DNA of 43,968 nucleotides, from IMG/VR virus record IMGVR_UViG_3300045988_181214. The stretch is one strand, 5' to 3'. This document shows, one piece after another, positions 16,660-26,891 of the stretch; positions within the stretch are counted from its first letter, which is position 1, and every line of letters begins with the position of its first letter. The notes beneath the pieces were generated by a model. That model was not told where the DNA came from and made no database searches. It worked only from the letters and a program-made list of their open reading frames with translations. Origin of the DNA: a virus. Taxonomy: Duplodnaviria > Heunggongvirae > Uroviricota > Caudoviricetes. Made by a program: the position numbers and the translations under genes.

Positions 16660-19600
16660 TTAATATGCGTGGTTCAGCTTGCGCGCTGTGTATTTGGTCG
16701 TGTAGTCACTCACCTTGTTGCCCATGGTTGAGTTATAGACCAGCAGGAACGTCGCACTGTCGCCCTGTCCCATCTCTATGTAATCTTTGTTGCCGCAGTT
16801 CTCATCGAGAATCAAAGGTAACTCCTCTTTGTTCCATGCGTAGGAATCGCTTTTGTCTTTGATCTTGTTGCGCCCATAAATGAAGAAGTTTGTCGTGCCT
16901 GGCTCAGCGACCACCGTAAATGTCACGGCGAAGTTGGTAGATGAGCCACAGCCTAATGCGCTGCGCACCTCAGACAGTGTTGGCAGCGTTATGCCGCTTG
17001 ACGAGACGTAGCTGTAGATGAGCCAGACGTTATTCTCAGAAATCTTGGCATAGCCATTATAGATGGTGTTTTTTGTGCTAAGCGCATATCTGCTATACTT
17101 ATATCCACCTATCCATCCATTGAGTACGCCATTGCCAGCACCTGTGAAAGCAAAATTATAGGCACCGTTTTTAGCCGAGAGTATGGCTGCGATATTGTAA
17201 CCAAGCCCCCACCAGTCGCTGCTGTCCTCATTTTCGAATCGAGCCACCGCACGCTGTCCTGATGCCGCTGGTAGTACGTTGCCACCGATGCCCGCAAAGC
17301 ATTTATGGGTATCGTTGCGAAATATGATGTATGCATCATTGGTAAATGGGTCGTTTGTCAGACCCGTGCCCTGGATAGTGAATCCAGCGATCTTGCCCGC
17401 CAATGCCTCCATGGAGCCATCTTTGTTGATTTTGAAATTGCTGTTGGCCGTGACCACACCGTTAAGGTTGATTTGGTCTGCCGTGATGGTGGCAGAGGAG
17501 ATGCCGTTGGCAATCATTGTCTTGATGGTAGCCTCGGATAGAATCTTGCCATCGACACCCTCGATTTTTGTAGTCAGCGCATTGTAGTCTGCCGTCACAA
17601 GCAAGCCACCTTTGTTTTTGAGCGTGCCATCGGCATTGAATCGCTCGCTCATCAGGGCGTTGTAGTCAGCGGTGGTGATAAGATAGCTCGTATCTTTGAG
17701 CTTGCCATTGGCATCGAAACGAGCAACTGCCGAAGACCACGAATCGGCGTTTTGACTGACCAACGATATAGTCGGACCATAATCGTTGCGTATGTCTGAG
17801 CCTACGCTGTCGGCGTGTCTCCTGGCTTCGGCAACGGAACTGTTGAGGGCATTGTAGTTGTCAGACATAGTCCCTTGCAAAGTGTTTTTGGCTGCATTCA
17901 GCTCGTCTTTTGTCGCAGCCTTGCCCACCGTGGTATTGATGCCATTGACCGTTATCTTTAACTCAGCGAGTGCCGCCTTGGTGCCGTTGGCAGTATTGGT
18001 GACGCTCTCGACACGTGCAGTGATGCTGTCGATGTCGGTGTAGATGCCAGAAATTTTCTCGTTTGTGCTATCCTGCCAGGTGTTGATGAGGTCGATGCGA
18101 CCTGCCTCTATCTCTATTCTTGACGAGAGTGTTGTGTTGAGTTCGCCGTATCTCTTATCGACATATAGGCGTATTGCCTCTTTCTCAGCGTCCAGCTCGA
18201 TGCCGAGCTGAGTTGTGGTACCATTGACCTTGTCGATGTTTTGTCCCAGCAGCTTGATGTTTTTGGCCGTCTGAAGTATTTGTGTCGAGACGGTCTTGCT
18301 CAGGTTGTCGAGCGGCTCGTCGGTGATGGTGAGCAGCGCGACGTAGATGTCTCCTGTATATCGGAGCACGAAGTCGCCGGTGCCATTCCACTTGCCATTT
18401 AGCTCTACCGTCTGCCACTCTGCCGAGTATGGCACGCTGACGCTCTGGGCTGACAGGTCGTTGGTCTTGCCTTCGACAGCCTTGCAACCCTCGAAGCCAA
18501 AGGTGAGGGTGCCAGCAGTCTTGGCGTAGATGCGAGCACTTATATATAAGGTGTCTTGCACCTCGGTGTAGTCATCGCCAGTGGTGTTCATGCCATCCTC
18601 GCCTTTTTCTGCCGATGGCTGGGTATATTCCTTGTGGGTACCGGGTTTGCGGATGAGATCATTGGCTTGTTTGATGCCGCTGTCCTGTATGTGCAGCATG
18701 TTGCGACCCTCGTTGTTGTCGATGCTCACTCGGTGGTTGCCACTCACGGTGGCGGCACCATTGACCATGACAGGTAAGCCATTGGCATCGACCCAGAACT
18801 GGGACTCGTCTGTATCGTCGATGGTCCAGCCATCAATGAGCTGCTCATCGTTATAGCCTATCGCCGTCAGAAACTGACCGTTATGGAGGTAGTTGTTCTC
18901 CTCTGTCGCCTCGTAGGAGGTCTGTGCGAAGCGGGTGGCGAACTGGTTCTGCAGCATCTGTATTTTGGTGTCGATGCTCTCACCTGTGCGGCGGAGCACG
19001 AAGTCGCCCGTGGCGTAGAGGTTCTGCAGGAACTCACCGAAGCCTGATAGTGCACCGAAGAGTGGATGGGTGATGCCCCGTAAGTTGCCGAGGCGACCTT
19101 TGAGCGCATTGTCTGGGTCTGTCTTGAGACCATAGATGATGTCCATGTAGGGCGTATCGCTGCCCACAGTCATCATCTGTATGATGCCCTTGCGGTCGGG
19201 GTCGGTGAGGTTGTCGACCCTAACAAAAGTGTCTCGCTTGGTGATGAGCTGCTCTGCGGTGGCACCCTCCATCGATGAGGTGAAGTTCTTGAACTTGACC
19301 CATGCTAGCATATCCTCGCCACTGCCCTCGCTGCCCACCTCTGTCACGATAAGCTCGTATCGCTTGGTGACATAGTGATTGTTTTCGGTGGAGGGCATGC
19401 CATTGTACTGCTGCACCATCACGTAGTCATCCTTGCGGAATGGGTTGTACATCCTGCCCTCGTGGGTGTCGAGATAGACCCTGCCTGTCTCTGGATCGTA
19501 GTGGTCAACCTCTAGCATCGCCGTGAAGATGCGGTTGTCATTCTCGCCCAAGAGTTGGGAGATAATCATCTCGAAGATGCGCATGGTACCACGCACGATG

Positions 19601-20139
19601 AGATTATCGAGCTCTAGACCATACCTATTCTCTTGCACCCCGGCAGCGTTGGTCGTGGGGTTGTTGGCGAGTCGCCAGCCCTTGCCATCGAGGAAGCCCG
19701 AGACGAAGTCGGGAGAGCCTATGGTATCGTCAAAACGAGCAGCGCCCTTGACGTGCAGCGCACTGACTGTCGCCAAGCCCCACGCCAGGATCTCTTCGAT
19801 GCAAAGCTTGTAACCCCCATTCTCTTTTGTGGCGAGGCAGAAGCCTTTTTGACCAGCCTCGGAGTAGTCATCAGTGGCGATGGAGTGGGCGATGATGTCG
19901 CCCTCTTTGGAGAAAGAAAAGAGGTTGCCTATCTTGATGCCCTTGAGAAAGGTGATGAGCCCATGGGCTGTATCGTCGTTGATGGCGGAGAGTTTATCGT
20001 TGTCAGCAGAGGAAGCATAGTCGAGCAGGGACAGGAAGGCGTTGCCAATGCGGCTTGCCGTATTGGCGTGCTTGACTCTCTCGTCACGGATGCCCTCGAA
20101 AGCCTCTCTGATTTTGTTGATGTCTTTATTTTCTGCCAT
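16660..20139 (-). CDS. Large tail fibre / host-specificity protein
   Basis: 1159-aa ORF; internal repeated segments (LITTADYNALMSERFNADGTL / LLVTADYNALTTKIEGVDG); Thr/Asn/Gly-rich fibre-like regions. Confidence 0.6.
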   Translation of the reverse strand: MAENKDINKIREAFEGIRDERVKHANTASRIGNAFLSLLDYASSADNDKLSAINDDTAHGLITFLKGIKIGNLFSFSKEGDIIAHSIATDDYSEAGQKGFCLATKENGGYKLCIEEILAWGLATVSALHVKGAARFDDTIGSPDFVSGFLDGKGWRLANNPTTNAAGVQENRYGLELDNLIVRGTMRIFEMIISQLLGENDNRIFTAMLEVDHYDPETGRVYLDTHEGRMYNPFRKDDYVMVQQYNGMPSTENNHYVTKRYELIVTEVGSEGSGEDMLAWVKFKNFTSSMEGATAEQLITKRDTFVRVDNLTDPDRKGIIQMMTVGSDTPYMDIIYGLKTDPDNALKGRLGNLRGITHPLFGALSGFGEFLQNLYATGDFVLRRTGESIDTKIQMLQNQFATRFAQTSYEATEENNYLHNGQFLTAIGYNDEQLIDGWTIDDTDESQFWVDANGLPVMVNGAATVSGNHRVSIDNNEGRNMLHIQDSGIKQANDLIRKPGTHKEYTQPSAEKGEDGMNTTGDDYTEVQDTLYISARIYAKTAGTLTFGFEGCKAVEGKTNDLSAQSVSVPYSAEWQTVELNGKWNGTGDFVLRYTGDIYVALLTITDEPLDNLSKTVSTQILQTAKNIKLLGQNIDKVNGTTTQLGIELDAEKEAIRLYVDKRYGELNTTLSSRIEIEAGRIDLINTWQDSTNEKISGIYTDIDSITARVESVTNTANGTKAALAELKITVNGINTTVGKAATKDELNAAKNTLQGTMSDNYNALNSSVAEARRHADSVGSDIRNDYGPTISLVSQNADSWSSAVARFDANGKLKDTSYLITTADYNALMSERFNADGTLKNKGGLLVTADYNALTTKIEGVDGKILSEATIKTMIANGISSATITADQINLNGVVTANSNFKINKDGSMEALAGKIAGFTIQGTGLTNDPFTNDAYIIFRNDTHKCFAGIGGNVLPAASGQRAVARFENEDSSDWWGLGYNIAAILSAKNGAYNFAFTGAGNGVLNGWIGGYKYSRYALSTKNTIYNGYAKISENNVWLIYSYVSSSGITLPTLSEVRSALGCGSSTNFAVTFTVVAEPGTTNFFIYGRNKIKDKSDSYAWNKEELPLILDENCGNKDYIEMGQGDSATFLLVYNSTMGNKVSDYTTKYTARKLNHAY

Positions 20140-20155
20140 ATTTTTTATTTTGATG

Positions 20156-20163
20156 CAAAGATA
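20156..20163 (-). promoter_or_regulatory. -7 promoter element (TAtcTTTG)
   Basis: Minus-strand CCTATCTTTGCATC 17 nt upstream of ATG at 20139. Confidence 0.35.
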
Positions 20164-20191
20164 GGTATGATGAGAACTATATAAAAATACG

Positions 20192-20650
20192 CTAGATCGG
20201 TGTGCCGAACATCTGCTTGAAGATGTCTGCCATCAGTCCCTGGTACTCATCGCCATAGAAGTAGCCCTCCATGTCGTTGAGCTTCATGATGGAGGCGTAG
20301 TACTTGCGATTGAACCATGGACGGCGCTGTCGTGGCTCGCCGAGGTTGTGCTTGGCACGGTACTCAGGGTCGAGGAACTCTAGGTCGCCGGGGTTGCCAT
20401 GGTAATAGCCATTGCCTGTGCCCGTCTCTTGGTAGAGACCGTAGAGCAGGAACTTGTGGGCTATCTGGCGAGAGGAACCGCCAAAGGATGTGGCTTGGAC
20501 AGAGCTGAAGAGGGCACCGGTATGTCGGATGCGATAGTGGATGATTTTCTCTTTCCAGATATGCACCATCTCCTCTGCCCATCCTCGCTCGTAGGCGTAG
20601 ATGTCCTCTTGTGAGACGGGTTGCTTGATGTCATTCGTTCCATTCCTCAT
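20192..20650 (-). CDS. Hypothetical phage structural protein
   Basis: 152-aa ORF, ATG start. Confidence 0.45.
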   Translation of the reverse strand: MRNGTNDIKQPVSQEDIYAYERGWAEEMVHIWKEKIIHYRIRHTGALFSSVQATSFGGSSRQIAHKFLLYGLYQETGTGNGYYHGNPGDLEFLDPEYRAKHNLGEPRQRRPWFNRKYYASIMKLNDMEGYFYGDEYQGLMADIFKQMFGTPI

Positions 20651-21161
20651 AATTATACTCCAGGTCTAGTGGCTCGCTCACGTCAAGATGGAACTCGACG
20701 CCTGTGAGACCGTTGATGAAATAGGCACCTATCTCTCGGCTGTCTATCTGGTCGCTGAGGGTGTAGGTGTTATAGTTGTCTTGCCAGTTGTATTTGTCGA
20801 TGACAATCTTGCTCAGGAACTGTCGGAATATCTTGCGGCAGGTGTTGAGCTTCTCTTGTCGGTCGTTCATGTCGAACTGTTTGTATCGCATGAGAATCCA
20901 CACGGTATAGGTCATCACCTTGCGATAGCTGCCATCGCCGTTGATGGCGACGTTGCCCTCGTTGGTGTCGTCGATGACCACGAAGTTTTTGCTCTTCGCC
21001 ATATTCTGTAGCATGCCCTCAAACGAGGCAGGGGTGCTGCAGGTGGTTGGAGTGAAGCCAAGCTCGGAGGTGAGCTTGTTTTGGCGGGTGAGGTCTCTAA
21101 AGTAAGAGAAGGCATCGAACCCCACCTGAGTGTCGGGAGTCTTAACATCTGTACTGATCAT
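20631..21161 (-). CDS. Hypothetical phage structural protein
   Basis: 176-aa ORF, ATG start, overlaps neighbours by a few codons. Confidence 0.45.
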   Translation of the reverse strand: MISTDVKTPDTQVGFDAFSYFRDLTRQNKLTSELGFTPTTCSTPASFEGMLQNMAKSKNFVVIDDTNEGNVAINGDGSYRKVMTYTVWILMRYKQFDMNDRQEKLNTCRKIFRQFLSKIVIDKYNWQDNYNTYTLSDQIDSREIGAYFINGLTGVEFHLDVSEPLDLEYNYEEWNE

Positions 21162-21955
21162 GATTTTTGTTTTAATCGTTTGTCTAACTCGTCAGCCTCG
21201 CGAGCCTTGGCATCCAGTTCGGTGAGTGCTCGCCATACGTCTGAGTCTCTAATCTGCCCTTCTTTGGTGATGTCGCCGCCCGTGAGGGCACGGATCTGGG
21301 CGTTCATCGCCTCTATCATATCGTAGTCGCCATCAGCTGAAGCTGGCTTGAAGAGGTGTGGAAAACTTGTGGAAAAGTTTTGCTTGACCCACATGAACCA
21401 CAGGAAGGCACCCATCACCTCGACTGGCGTACACTCGATATGTTCGGGTGGGTTGCCCTTGGCATCGAGATAGAGGTAGCGCATCATCTCTCTGAGCGGT
21501 GCGTCGCTCGACTGGTCTGACTGCAGAAACTGCTGGAAGTAGTTGTCGGCGATGAGGTAATGTTGAAATGGGTACTCGTGCAGCTCGATGTCGGCGGCTT
21601 GGAAAAGCCCGATATGATCGAGGCGGTTGTCTGCGCCCTTGCCGTCGAATATGTAGTCGAAGGCTTGGCAGAAGTCTTGCACTTGCCATAGCTGAAGGAA
21701 GAAGCGCACAGTCTTGCCACTGTCTAGCTGGGTTTGGCAGAGCCAGCCGTCTTTTTTCTCGTTGAGCACCTCGATGCCAGCGAAGCGAGCGAAGAGGTAG
21801 GTGCGCACCTGCCACTCTTGCCACCCTTGGGTGAGGAGGTAGAGCACGTAGCGCAGCTGGTCTTGGGTGAGCTCGCCCCAGGAGTGAGGCACGTGGAGGT
21901 TGAGCGTGCCGTCAGCCAGCAAAGAAGAAGGTTGTGTCGTCAGCATTGTTTTCAT
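21158..21955 (-). CDS. Hypothetical phage structural protein
   Basis: 265-aa ORF, ATG start. Confidence 0.45.
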   Translation of the reverse strand: MKTMLTTQPSSLLADGTLNLHVPHSWGELTQDQLRYVLYLLTQGWQEWQVRTYLFARFAGIEVLNEKKDGWLCQTQLDSGKTVRFFLQLWQVQDFCQAFDYIFDGKGADNRLDHIGLFQAADIELHEYPFQHYLIADNYFQQFLQSDQSSDAPLREMMRYLYLDAKGNPPEHIECTPVEVMGAFLWFMWVKQNFSTSFPHLFKPASADGDYDMIEAMNAQIRALTGGDITKEGQIRDSDVWRALTELDAKAREADELDKRLKQKS

Positions 21956-22757
21956 AAGCTATATTGTGGCTAGCCTTGTAGGCGGTGGAATCTCTATATT
22001 TGGCGAAGTCATCGATGTTATCGTCTATGAGGGAGAGTAGGCTGAAGAAGAGTTTGTCTCTCGCCCTGAGGTCGATGGAATCGCCGTTTTTTGTGATATG
22101 GCACCCGATGAAATCGTAGATGCGCATGATGGCGACCCGATGGGAGGTGGTCGGGAACTGAGCCTTGCGCTCCTCTTCGAGCAACTGGTCTATCTGTGCA
22201 TCGGAGAGCTCTCGGCGCAGGAAGGTCTCGGCTTGGTCTATCTCGCCCTTGTGCGCCACGAGGTCATCGAAGGTAAGCTTGCCGGGGATGCCGCAGAACT
22301 TGTTGAGGATGTATGGCGACCAAATGAAGGAGCGGATGGTGTTGAAGGCTTGCAAGCTGTCAGCCCAGCCCTCGACCTGTCGCAATCGGTTGATGACGTT
22401 GTGCTGGGCGTAGTCTCGCCTGTAGGCAAGCTCGTGCTCCATGGCATCGACACGAGCCTGTGAGGCTGGGGCGATGTTGTCGTTGGAGACCACCCCGAAG
22501 CCGTTGTCGGTCATGATGATGTCGTGGGAGTGGAGACTATCGAGGAAGGTGGCCAGTATGACATAGTCTCTGGCGTAGCGCTGCAGGGGCGAGTCTTCGG
22601 TCGAGACCGCTTGCTCGGCATCTGCGCCCACGACGGTGGCGATAAGATCGTCAAAATGGTTCTCGAAGGATGGCTGCATCTTGGTGAAGACATCCTCGGA
22701 GGCTGCCGCCACGAATGGCAGCAGCTGCTCGAACTGGTTTATATCAATCTGTATCAT
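21912..22757 (-). CDS. Hypothetical phage structural protein
   Basis: 281-aa ORF, ATG start. Confidence 0.45.
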   Translation of the reverse strand: MIQIDINQFEQLLPFVAAASEDVFTKMQPSFENHFDDLIATVVGADAEQAVSTEDSPLQRYARDYVILATFLDSLHSHDIIMTDNGFGVVSNDNIAPASQARVDAMEHELAYRRDYAQHNVINRLRQVEGWADSLQAFNTIRSFIWSPYILNKFCGIPGKLTFDDLVAHKGEIDQAETFLRRELSDAQIDQLLEEERKAQFPTTSHRVAIMRIYDFIGCHITKNGDSIDLRARDKLFFSLLSLIDDNIDDFAKYRDSTAYKASHNIAYENNADDTTFFFAG

Positions 22758-24150
22758 CTTGTTGCTTTGATTTTAGGTTGTTGGAAACTTGCTTGGCATC
22801 CTTGTTCTCGTCGAGGGTGGTGAGCATGATGAGCGGCACGTCTGGATAGACCTTCTGCTCCCAGTGGTTGAAGTAGATGACCACCCAGTGAACGGTCTCC
22901 ATGAGGTCGTGGAACGCCTTCTCTATCGACTGCTTGAGGGTGAAGAGCTCTCGCTTGTCTGAGCCAGAGTTGTTGGTTTGGCTCTTGCCCGGTGTGGCGC
23001 CCACGAGATTAGGGTGGATGTTGTCGGCATAACACTGCATGTTGTTGCTCTCGGCGATGTCGTCGCTGTAGTCACCGCCATCCTTTGAGGTGTCGATGCG
23101 CGTGATGCGCACCATCTTTACCTCTTTGCCATCAGGTGTGGTGTAATAGCCCGCTATCCAGAGCTTGCCGCTATTCTCGATGCCTGAGATGAAGGAGCGG
23201 ATTTTTTCTTTCTCCTTCAGCTTGCGCTCCTTTTGCTTTGCCTTGTCGGTGATGTGCTCCTCTTTGAAGATGCCACGCCAATAGTCGTTGTGTATCTCTA
23301 CGAGGTAAGGGATGGCAGCGTGGTTTTTGAGCTTTGCCATCTTGCCGATGGCGATGAGCCGGGAGATGTCGTACCACTTGTCTCGGAAGATGGCGCTGTA
23401 GTAGGGCACGGGGTAGTATTGACTGCCAGGAGTAGGGAAGCGAGTCACGATGGCGAAGACTCTGTCTTTGCACTTTGCTCCACCCGTCTGTCTGGTCAGG
23501 GTCTGTCCGCTTTGACCGTCGAGCCCCATGCGCTGCTGTAGGTCGCCCAGTGGGTCTAGCTCGTCGAGGAGTGGCAGCACCTCGATGTTGTCGGGATTGA
23601 CGGCATTGCGCCAGTTGGCATAGAGCACGTATTCGGAGCGACCGTTTTTGCTCTGGGTGAACCGACAGTAGCACGCCTCTTTGTGCCGGATGCCCACGAT
23701 GCGATCGCCCTTTTTGTTGAGGATGATGGCTGAGACACAAAAGAAGAAGTACTTCATGTCTGTGATTTGCTCGAGGAAGAAGCGCGAGAGGTTGTTGTGC
23801 ATCTTGAAGAGGTTGACCTCTTTGTCTTGTGTCGGAAGCTTTGTCTTGATGTCGTTGTACTGGAAGCCCATGCCGTAGCAGGTGAGCACGTTGAAGAGCT
23901 TGTTTTGCGCCATCACGCTGCTCTCGCCGATGTTTTTGATGAGCTGGTAGGGCAGCTTGTTGTCTGCCCCGAAGGGGATGTAGGTGTATCTTTGCTTGTC
24001 CACCTCTACGGAGACGGTGGGTGTGGTACCATCATCATCGAAGATGGATGAGGACCCGACGAAGCCGCTGGTGGGCGACGAGGTCTGGTAATCGAGCACC
24101 TCGCCCATGGTGGCGTATGTGATGTCTATGTTATTGCTTTTGTCTGCCAT
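22744..24150 (-). CDS. Hypothetical large virion protein (portal candidate)
   Basis: 469 aa from ATG at 24150 (track ORF extends upstream); the only unassigned ORF of portal-like size; no motif confirmation. Confidence 0.3.
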   Translation of the reverse strand: MADKSNNIDITYATMGEVLDYQTSSPTSGFVGSSSIFDDDGTTPTVSVEVDKQRYTYIPFGADNKLPYQLIKNIGESSVMAQNKLFNVLTCYGMGFQYNDIKTKLPTQDKEVNLFKMHNNLSRFFLEQITDMKYFFFCVSAIILNKKGDRIVGIRHKEACYCRFTQSKNGRSEYVLYANWRNAVNPDNIEVLPLLDELDPLGDLQQRMGLDGQSGQTLTRQTGGAKCKDRVFAIVTRFPTPGSQYYPVPYYSAIFRDKWYDISRLIAIGKMAKLKNHAAIPYLVEIHNDYWRGIFKEEHITDKAKQKERKLKEKEKIRSFISGIENSGKLWIAGYYTTPDGKEVKMVRITRIDTSKDGGDYSDDIAESNNMQCYADNIHPNLVGATPGKSQTNNSGSDKRELFTLKQSIEKAFHDLMETVHWVVIYFNHWEQKVYPDVPLIMLTTLDENKDAKQVSNNLKSKQQDDTD

Positions 24151-24155
24151 AATCT

Positions 24156-24416
24156 TTATAAGTATATTGAATGGTCGTTGTATCTGAAGATGAAAATGTC
24201 TCTCACCTTGCGTATCTGGTGGTTGACTGGGTTGTAGAGGGTGTGGGTGCCGTTTTGCCAGGATGAGGACTTGACGAGCCATCCCCTGTACTGGATGATG
24301 GAACCATCGCCGCCCTTCCAACAGTCGATGTCAACGGGCGAGCGGTCGATGCGCGAGATGTCGAGGGCACGGCGCAGCTCGTTGATGTGTATTGCCTTGG
24401 GTGTCTTGTCTGCCAT
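24156..24416 (-). CDS. Hypothetical small phage protein
   Basis: 86-aa ORF, ATG start. Confidence 0.4.
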   Translation of the reverse strand: MADKTPKAIHINELRRALDISRIDRSPVDIDCWKGGDGSIIQYRGWLVKSSSWQNGTHTLYNPVNHQIRKVRDIFIFRYNDHSIYL

Positions 24417-24433
24417 ATATCTGAAGATGTTTT

Positions 24434-25495
24434 TTAGTTGAACGTATCGTCGAAGGAGTCGTCGAAGATGCGACCGCCCGTATTGTCGATGTTTTTGAAC
24501 ACGACATTCTGGACTCGCTGGGCATATTGGTAGCTGAAGGTGAACTCAGCCATGTCATCCAGCTCGTTGGTGCGCTCGCTCTTGGAGTCGGTGAAGGTAA
24601 TCTCTTTGTCCTGTGTGTAGTCACGGAACAGATAGATCTCATCGGAGCGCAGCAGGTCTTCGGCGAAGTGTGCCATGGACGGAGGAATAACACCTGTGTC
24701 GCCCTCGAAGGTGCGGGTCTCTTTGACGGAGTAGTTGATCTTTTTGCCGCTGATGACGGCGCTCTTGCGCTCGAAGGTAGGTGCAATCTTCTTTTTGCCT
24801 AGGCAATAGAAGATCTCTTGGCACCCGAAGGAGTTGGTGAAGAGGAGCACCGGGTCGGCGACCGCCTCGGTATGGTCTATCTGGAAGTCTTGCACTCGCT
24901 TGCCCACGGTGACGGTGTAGGCGAAGAGGTCGCCACGGTCGGCATCGTAGTAACGGTCGGGCGAGACATCGAAGGTGGTGATGTTATTCACCGTATGGGT
25001 AGGGGTGGCATCGGCGGCGATATTGCCCTCCACGACCTTGCCGTCTTTGTAATATCGGGCTGTGACGGCGGCAGTGGTTCTGTCGGCACCTGCGGCATGG
25101 AGATATTCACGGTGTCCGAGCTGTGTGAGCTTGGCACCATCGAGGAGGGTGAGGAAGTATTGGTCGAGGAACGACTGGCACGACATGTTGATGTCAACGG
25201 TGGCGTAGTAGGCGGTGAACTCGCACGACCAGTTGGCGACATCGCTCTCGCCATTGTGCTCGACAATCTTGATGGCGCACTTGGCGACCACGGTCGTGCG
25301 CACGGCATCGGAGATGAGCGTGCCGAGGTCGTAGATGGTGATGGTGCCAGCCACTGGGTAGTAAGTCTCGCTGAGCAGCTCTTCGCCCTCGCAGGTGATG
25401 GTAACGGTAGCGCGCTCGCCACCTATCTTGAAGGAGAAGGAGTCGAGCGCACTGGTGAACAATGGCGAAGATGGTTGGTTGGTAACTGTAATCAT
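24434..25495 (-). CDS. Hypothetical phage structural protein
   Basis: 353-aa ORF, ATG start, first gene after a promoter/terminator module. Confidence 0.45.
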   Translation of the reverse strand: MITVTNQPSSPLFTSALDSFSFKIGGERATVTITCEGEELLSETYYPVAGTITIYDLGTLISDAVRTTVVAKCAIKIVEHNGESDVANWSCEFTAYYATVDINMSCQSFLDQYFLTLLDGAKLTQLGHREYLHAAGADRTTAAVTARYYKDGKVVEGNIAADATPTHTVNNITTFDVSPDRYYDADRGDLFAYTVTVGKRVQDFQIDHTEAVADPVLLFTNSFGCQEIFYCLGKKKIAPTFERKSAVISGKKINYSVKETRTFEGDTGVIPPSMAHFAEDLLRSDEIYLFRDYTQDKEITFTDSKSERTNELDDMAEFTFSYQYAQRVQNVVFKNIDNTGGRIFDDSFDDTFN

Positions 25496-25518
25496 ATCAA
25501 TGTCTCATTAAAACGATG

Positions 25519-25526
25519 CAAAGATA
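25519..25526 (-). promoter_or_regulatory. -7 promoter element (TAtcTTTG)
   Basis: Minus-strand CCTATCTTTGCATC 24 nt upstream of ATG at 25495. Confidence 0.45.
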
Positions 25527-25540
25527 GGAAGGAAGGGGAG

Positions 25541-25580
25541 AAAATAAAAATACCTGATTGTCATCACGACAACCAGGTAT
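25541..25580 (-). terminator. Intrinsic terminator hairpin with T-tract
   Basis: Stem ATACCTGATTGTC / GACAACCAGGTAT (12 of 13 paired), loop ATCAC, followed on the minus strand by TTTTTATTTT. Confidence 0.5.
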
Positions 25581-25672
25581 CGACTCATGGAGCTGACCAC
25601 GCCTTGTTAAGCCTAAGGCTCCATTCCGAGACTGTTTTATGTTGTAAATGAAAAAAAATGTGCTTGTCTTGC

Positions 25673-25984
25673 TTACTCTTCGGGCTGTGCGCAGTTGATT
25701 ATCCAGACGAGTCTGCCACCCTCGACAGACTTCATCTTGAAGCCGTGCTCGACCATGTACTCGGTGATGACGGAGATGGGAGCGACGACCATGCCGCTGA
25801 TGGCCTCTTGTATATCTTTGGAGGATAGAAAGTCAACGCATTGGCTGTATGGGTCATCGCCCGGTGTGTCGCCATCGAAGTAAGCGTCGAGCGCCATGCG
25901 CACATAGTCGATCTTGCTCTCTTGCTCTGACTGTTGCTGCTCGTCGCTGTTGGCACTGAAGCCCATCACACGCATACGTTTCAT
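25673..25984 (-). CDS. Hypothetical small protein
   Basis: 103-aa ORF; ATGA overlap with the upstream gene. Confidence 0.45.
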   Translation of the reverse strand: MKRMRVMGFSANSDEQQQSEQESKIDYVRMALDAYFDGDTPGDDPYSQCVDFLSSKDIQEAISGMVVAPISVITEYMVEHGFKMKSVEGGRLVWIINCAQPEE

Positions 25985-26250
25985 GCCTCACCTCCTTTCG
26001 CCTCCAGTGCTATGTTGATGGTCTTGAAGAGCTTGCTCATGTGGTCGAAGTTGTTGAGCATGAGGAGCACTTTGTCGGCACCGCCGAGGTCTTCGACACA
26101 GTTGGTCACCACCTCGTCTGAGATAAGCACCTTTTTGACTTGCTCAAGGTACTCGATGAAGTAGCTGAGCTGGTTGACATCCATCATTTCTACGAGCGCA
26201 TTCCAGACCTCTGCTGTCATGTGCATATTTGTTGCGTTGTTTGTGTTCAT
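25981..26250 (-). CDS. Hypothetical small protein
   Basis: 89-aa ORF; ATGA overlaps on both sides. Confidence 0.45.
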   Translation of the reverse strand: MNTNNATNMHMTAEVWNALVEMMDVNQLSYFIEYLEQVKKVLISDEVVTNCVEDLGGADKVLLMLNNFDHMSKLFKTINIALEAKGGEA

Positions 26251-26612
26251 GCTACGACTCCTCCCATCAGATAACCACCAAAGAAAACCACTGCCATGAA
26301 GGCTGCGAAGCCTAGTGTGGCCTTGACCACCTCGCCGTAGGTCACGCTCTCGTCGCAGAGTGCGGTGAAGGTCTCGCTCTCGGTCTTGGCGAGCTTCTTG
26401 ATTTCACACTTGAGGGTATTGATACCCTCCTCTACGCTGATGCCTGCAGGTCTCACCTGCGCATCACTAATTAAAATTGAATTCTGCATAATTGCCATCT
26501 TATAACCATTATAGACCGATCTTGATGTATAAATACAATGGTGGCGGTCACATTCACCGTTGGTTATAAGATGGTAGCTTTCCCAGCGAAGGTCAAGTAT
26601 CTTACGGATCAT
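26247..26612 (-). CDS. Hypothetical membrane protein
   Basis: 121-aa ORF; C-terminal hydrophobic helix LGFAAFMAVVFFGGYLMGGVVA. Confidence 0.45.
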   Translation of the reverse strand: MIRKILDLRWESYHLITNGECDRHHCIYTSRSVYNGYKMAIMQNSILISDAQVRPAGISVEEGINTLKCEIKKLAKTESETFTALCDESVTYGEVVKATLGFAAFMAVVFFGGYLMGGVVA

Positions 26613-26751
26613 GCAACCGCCATATTGAAAAGACCTTTTTCCCGCTGCCGGGAAAATGATACTTTATAGGCATAAAAAAAGCCCACGGCGTGAAGCCTAG
26701 GCGAAACAGTCGCCATCGCTGAGTAGATTACTACTATCTTATAACCGATGG

Positions 26752-26759
26752 CAAAAGTA
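26752..26759 (-). promoter_or_regulatory. -7 promoter element (TActTTTG) with long structured leader
   Basis: Minus-strand GTACTTTTGCC ~140 nt upstream of ATG 26612; leader contains hairpin TTTTCCCG-ctgc-CGGGAAAA (26645-26668). Confidence 0.3.
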
Positions 26760-26851
26760 CGAAGAATAATTGGAACCGCCAAAAAAAAAGCGAGAAATTT
26801 TGAAATAAATGACTTTTTTATGTTTTAGAGCATAAAACAAGGGGGTGAGGA

Positions 26852-26885
26852 ACGAAAAAGCCCCGGATGCTCACGCACCCGAGGC
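26852..26885 (-). terminator. Intrinsic terminator after the 26892-27284 gene
   Basis: Stem GCCTCGG / CCGGGGC (one G-U), then on the minus strand TTTTTCGTT. Confidence 0.45.
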
Positions 26886-26891
26886 TGACAG

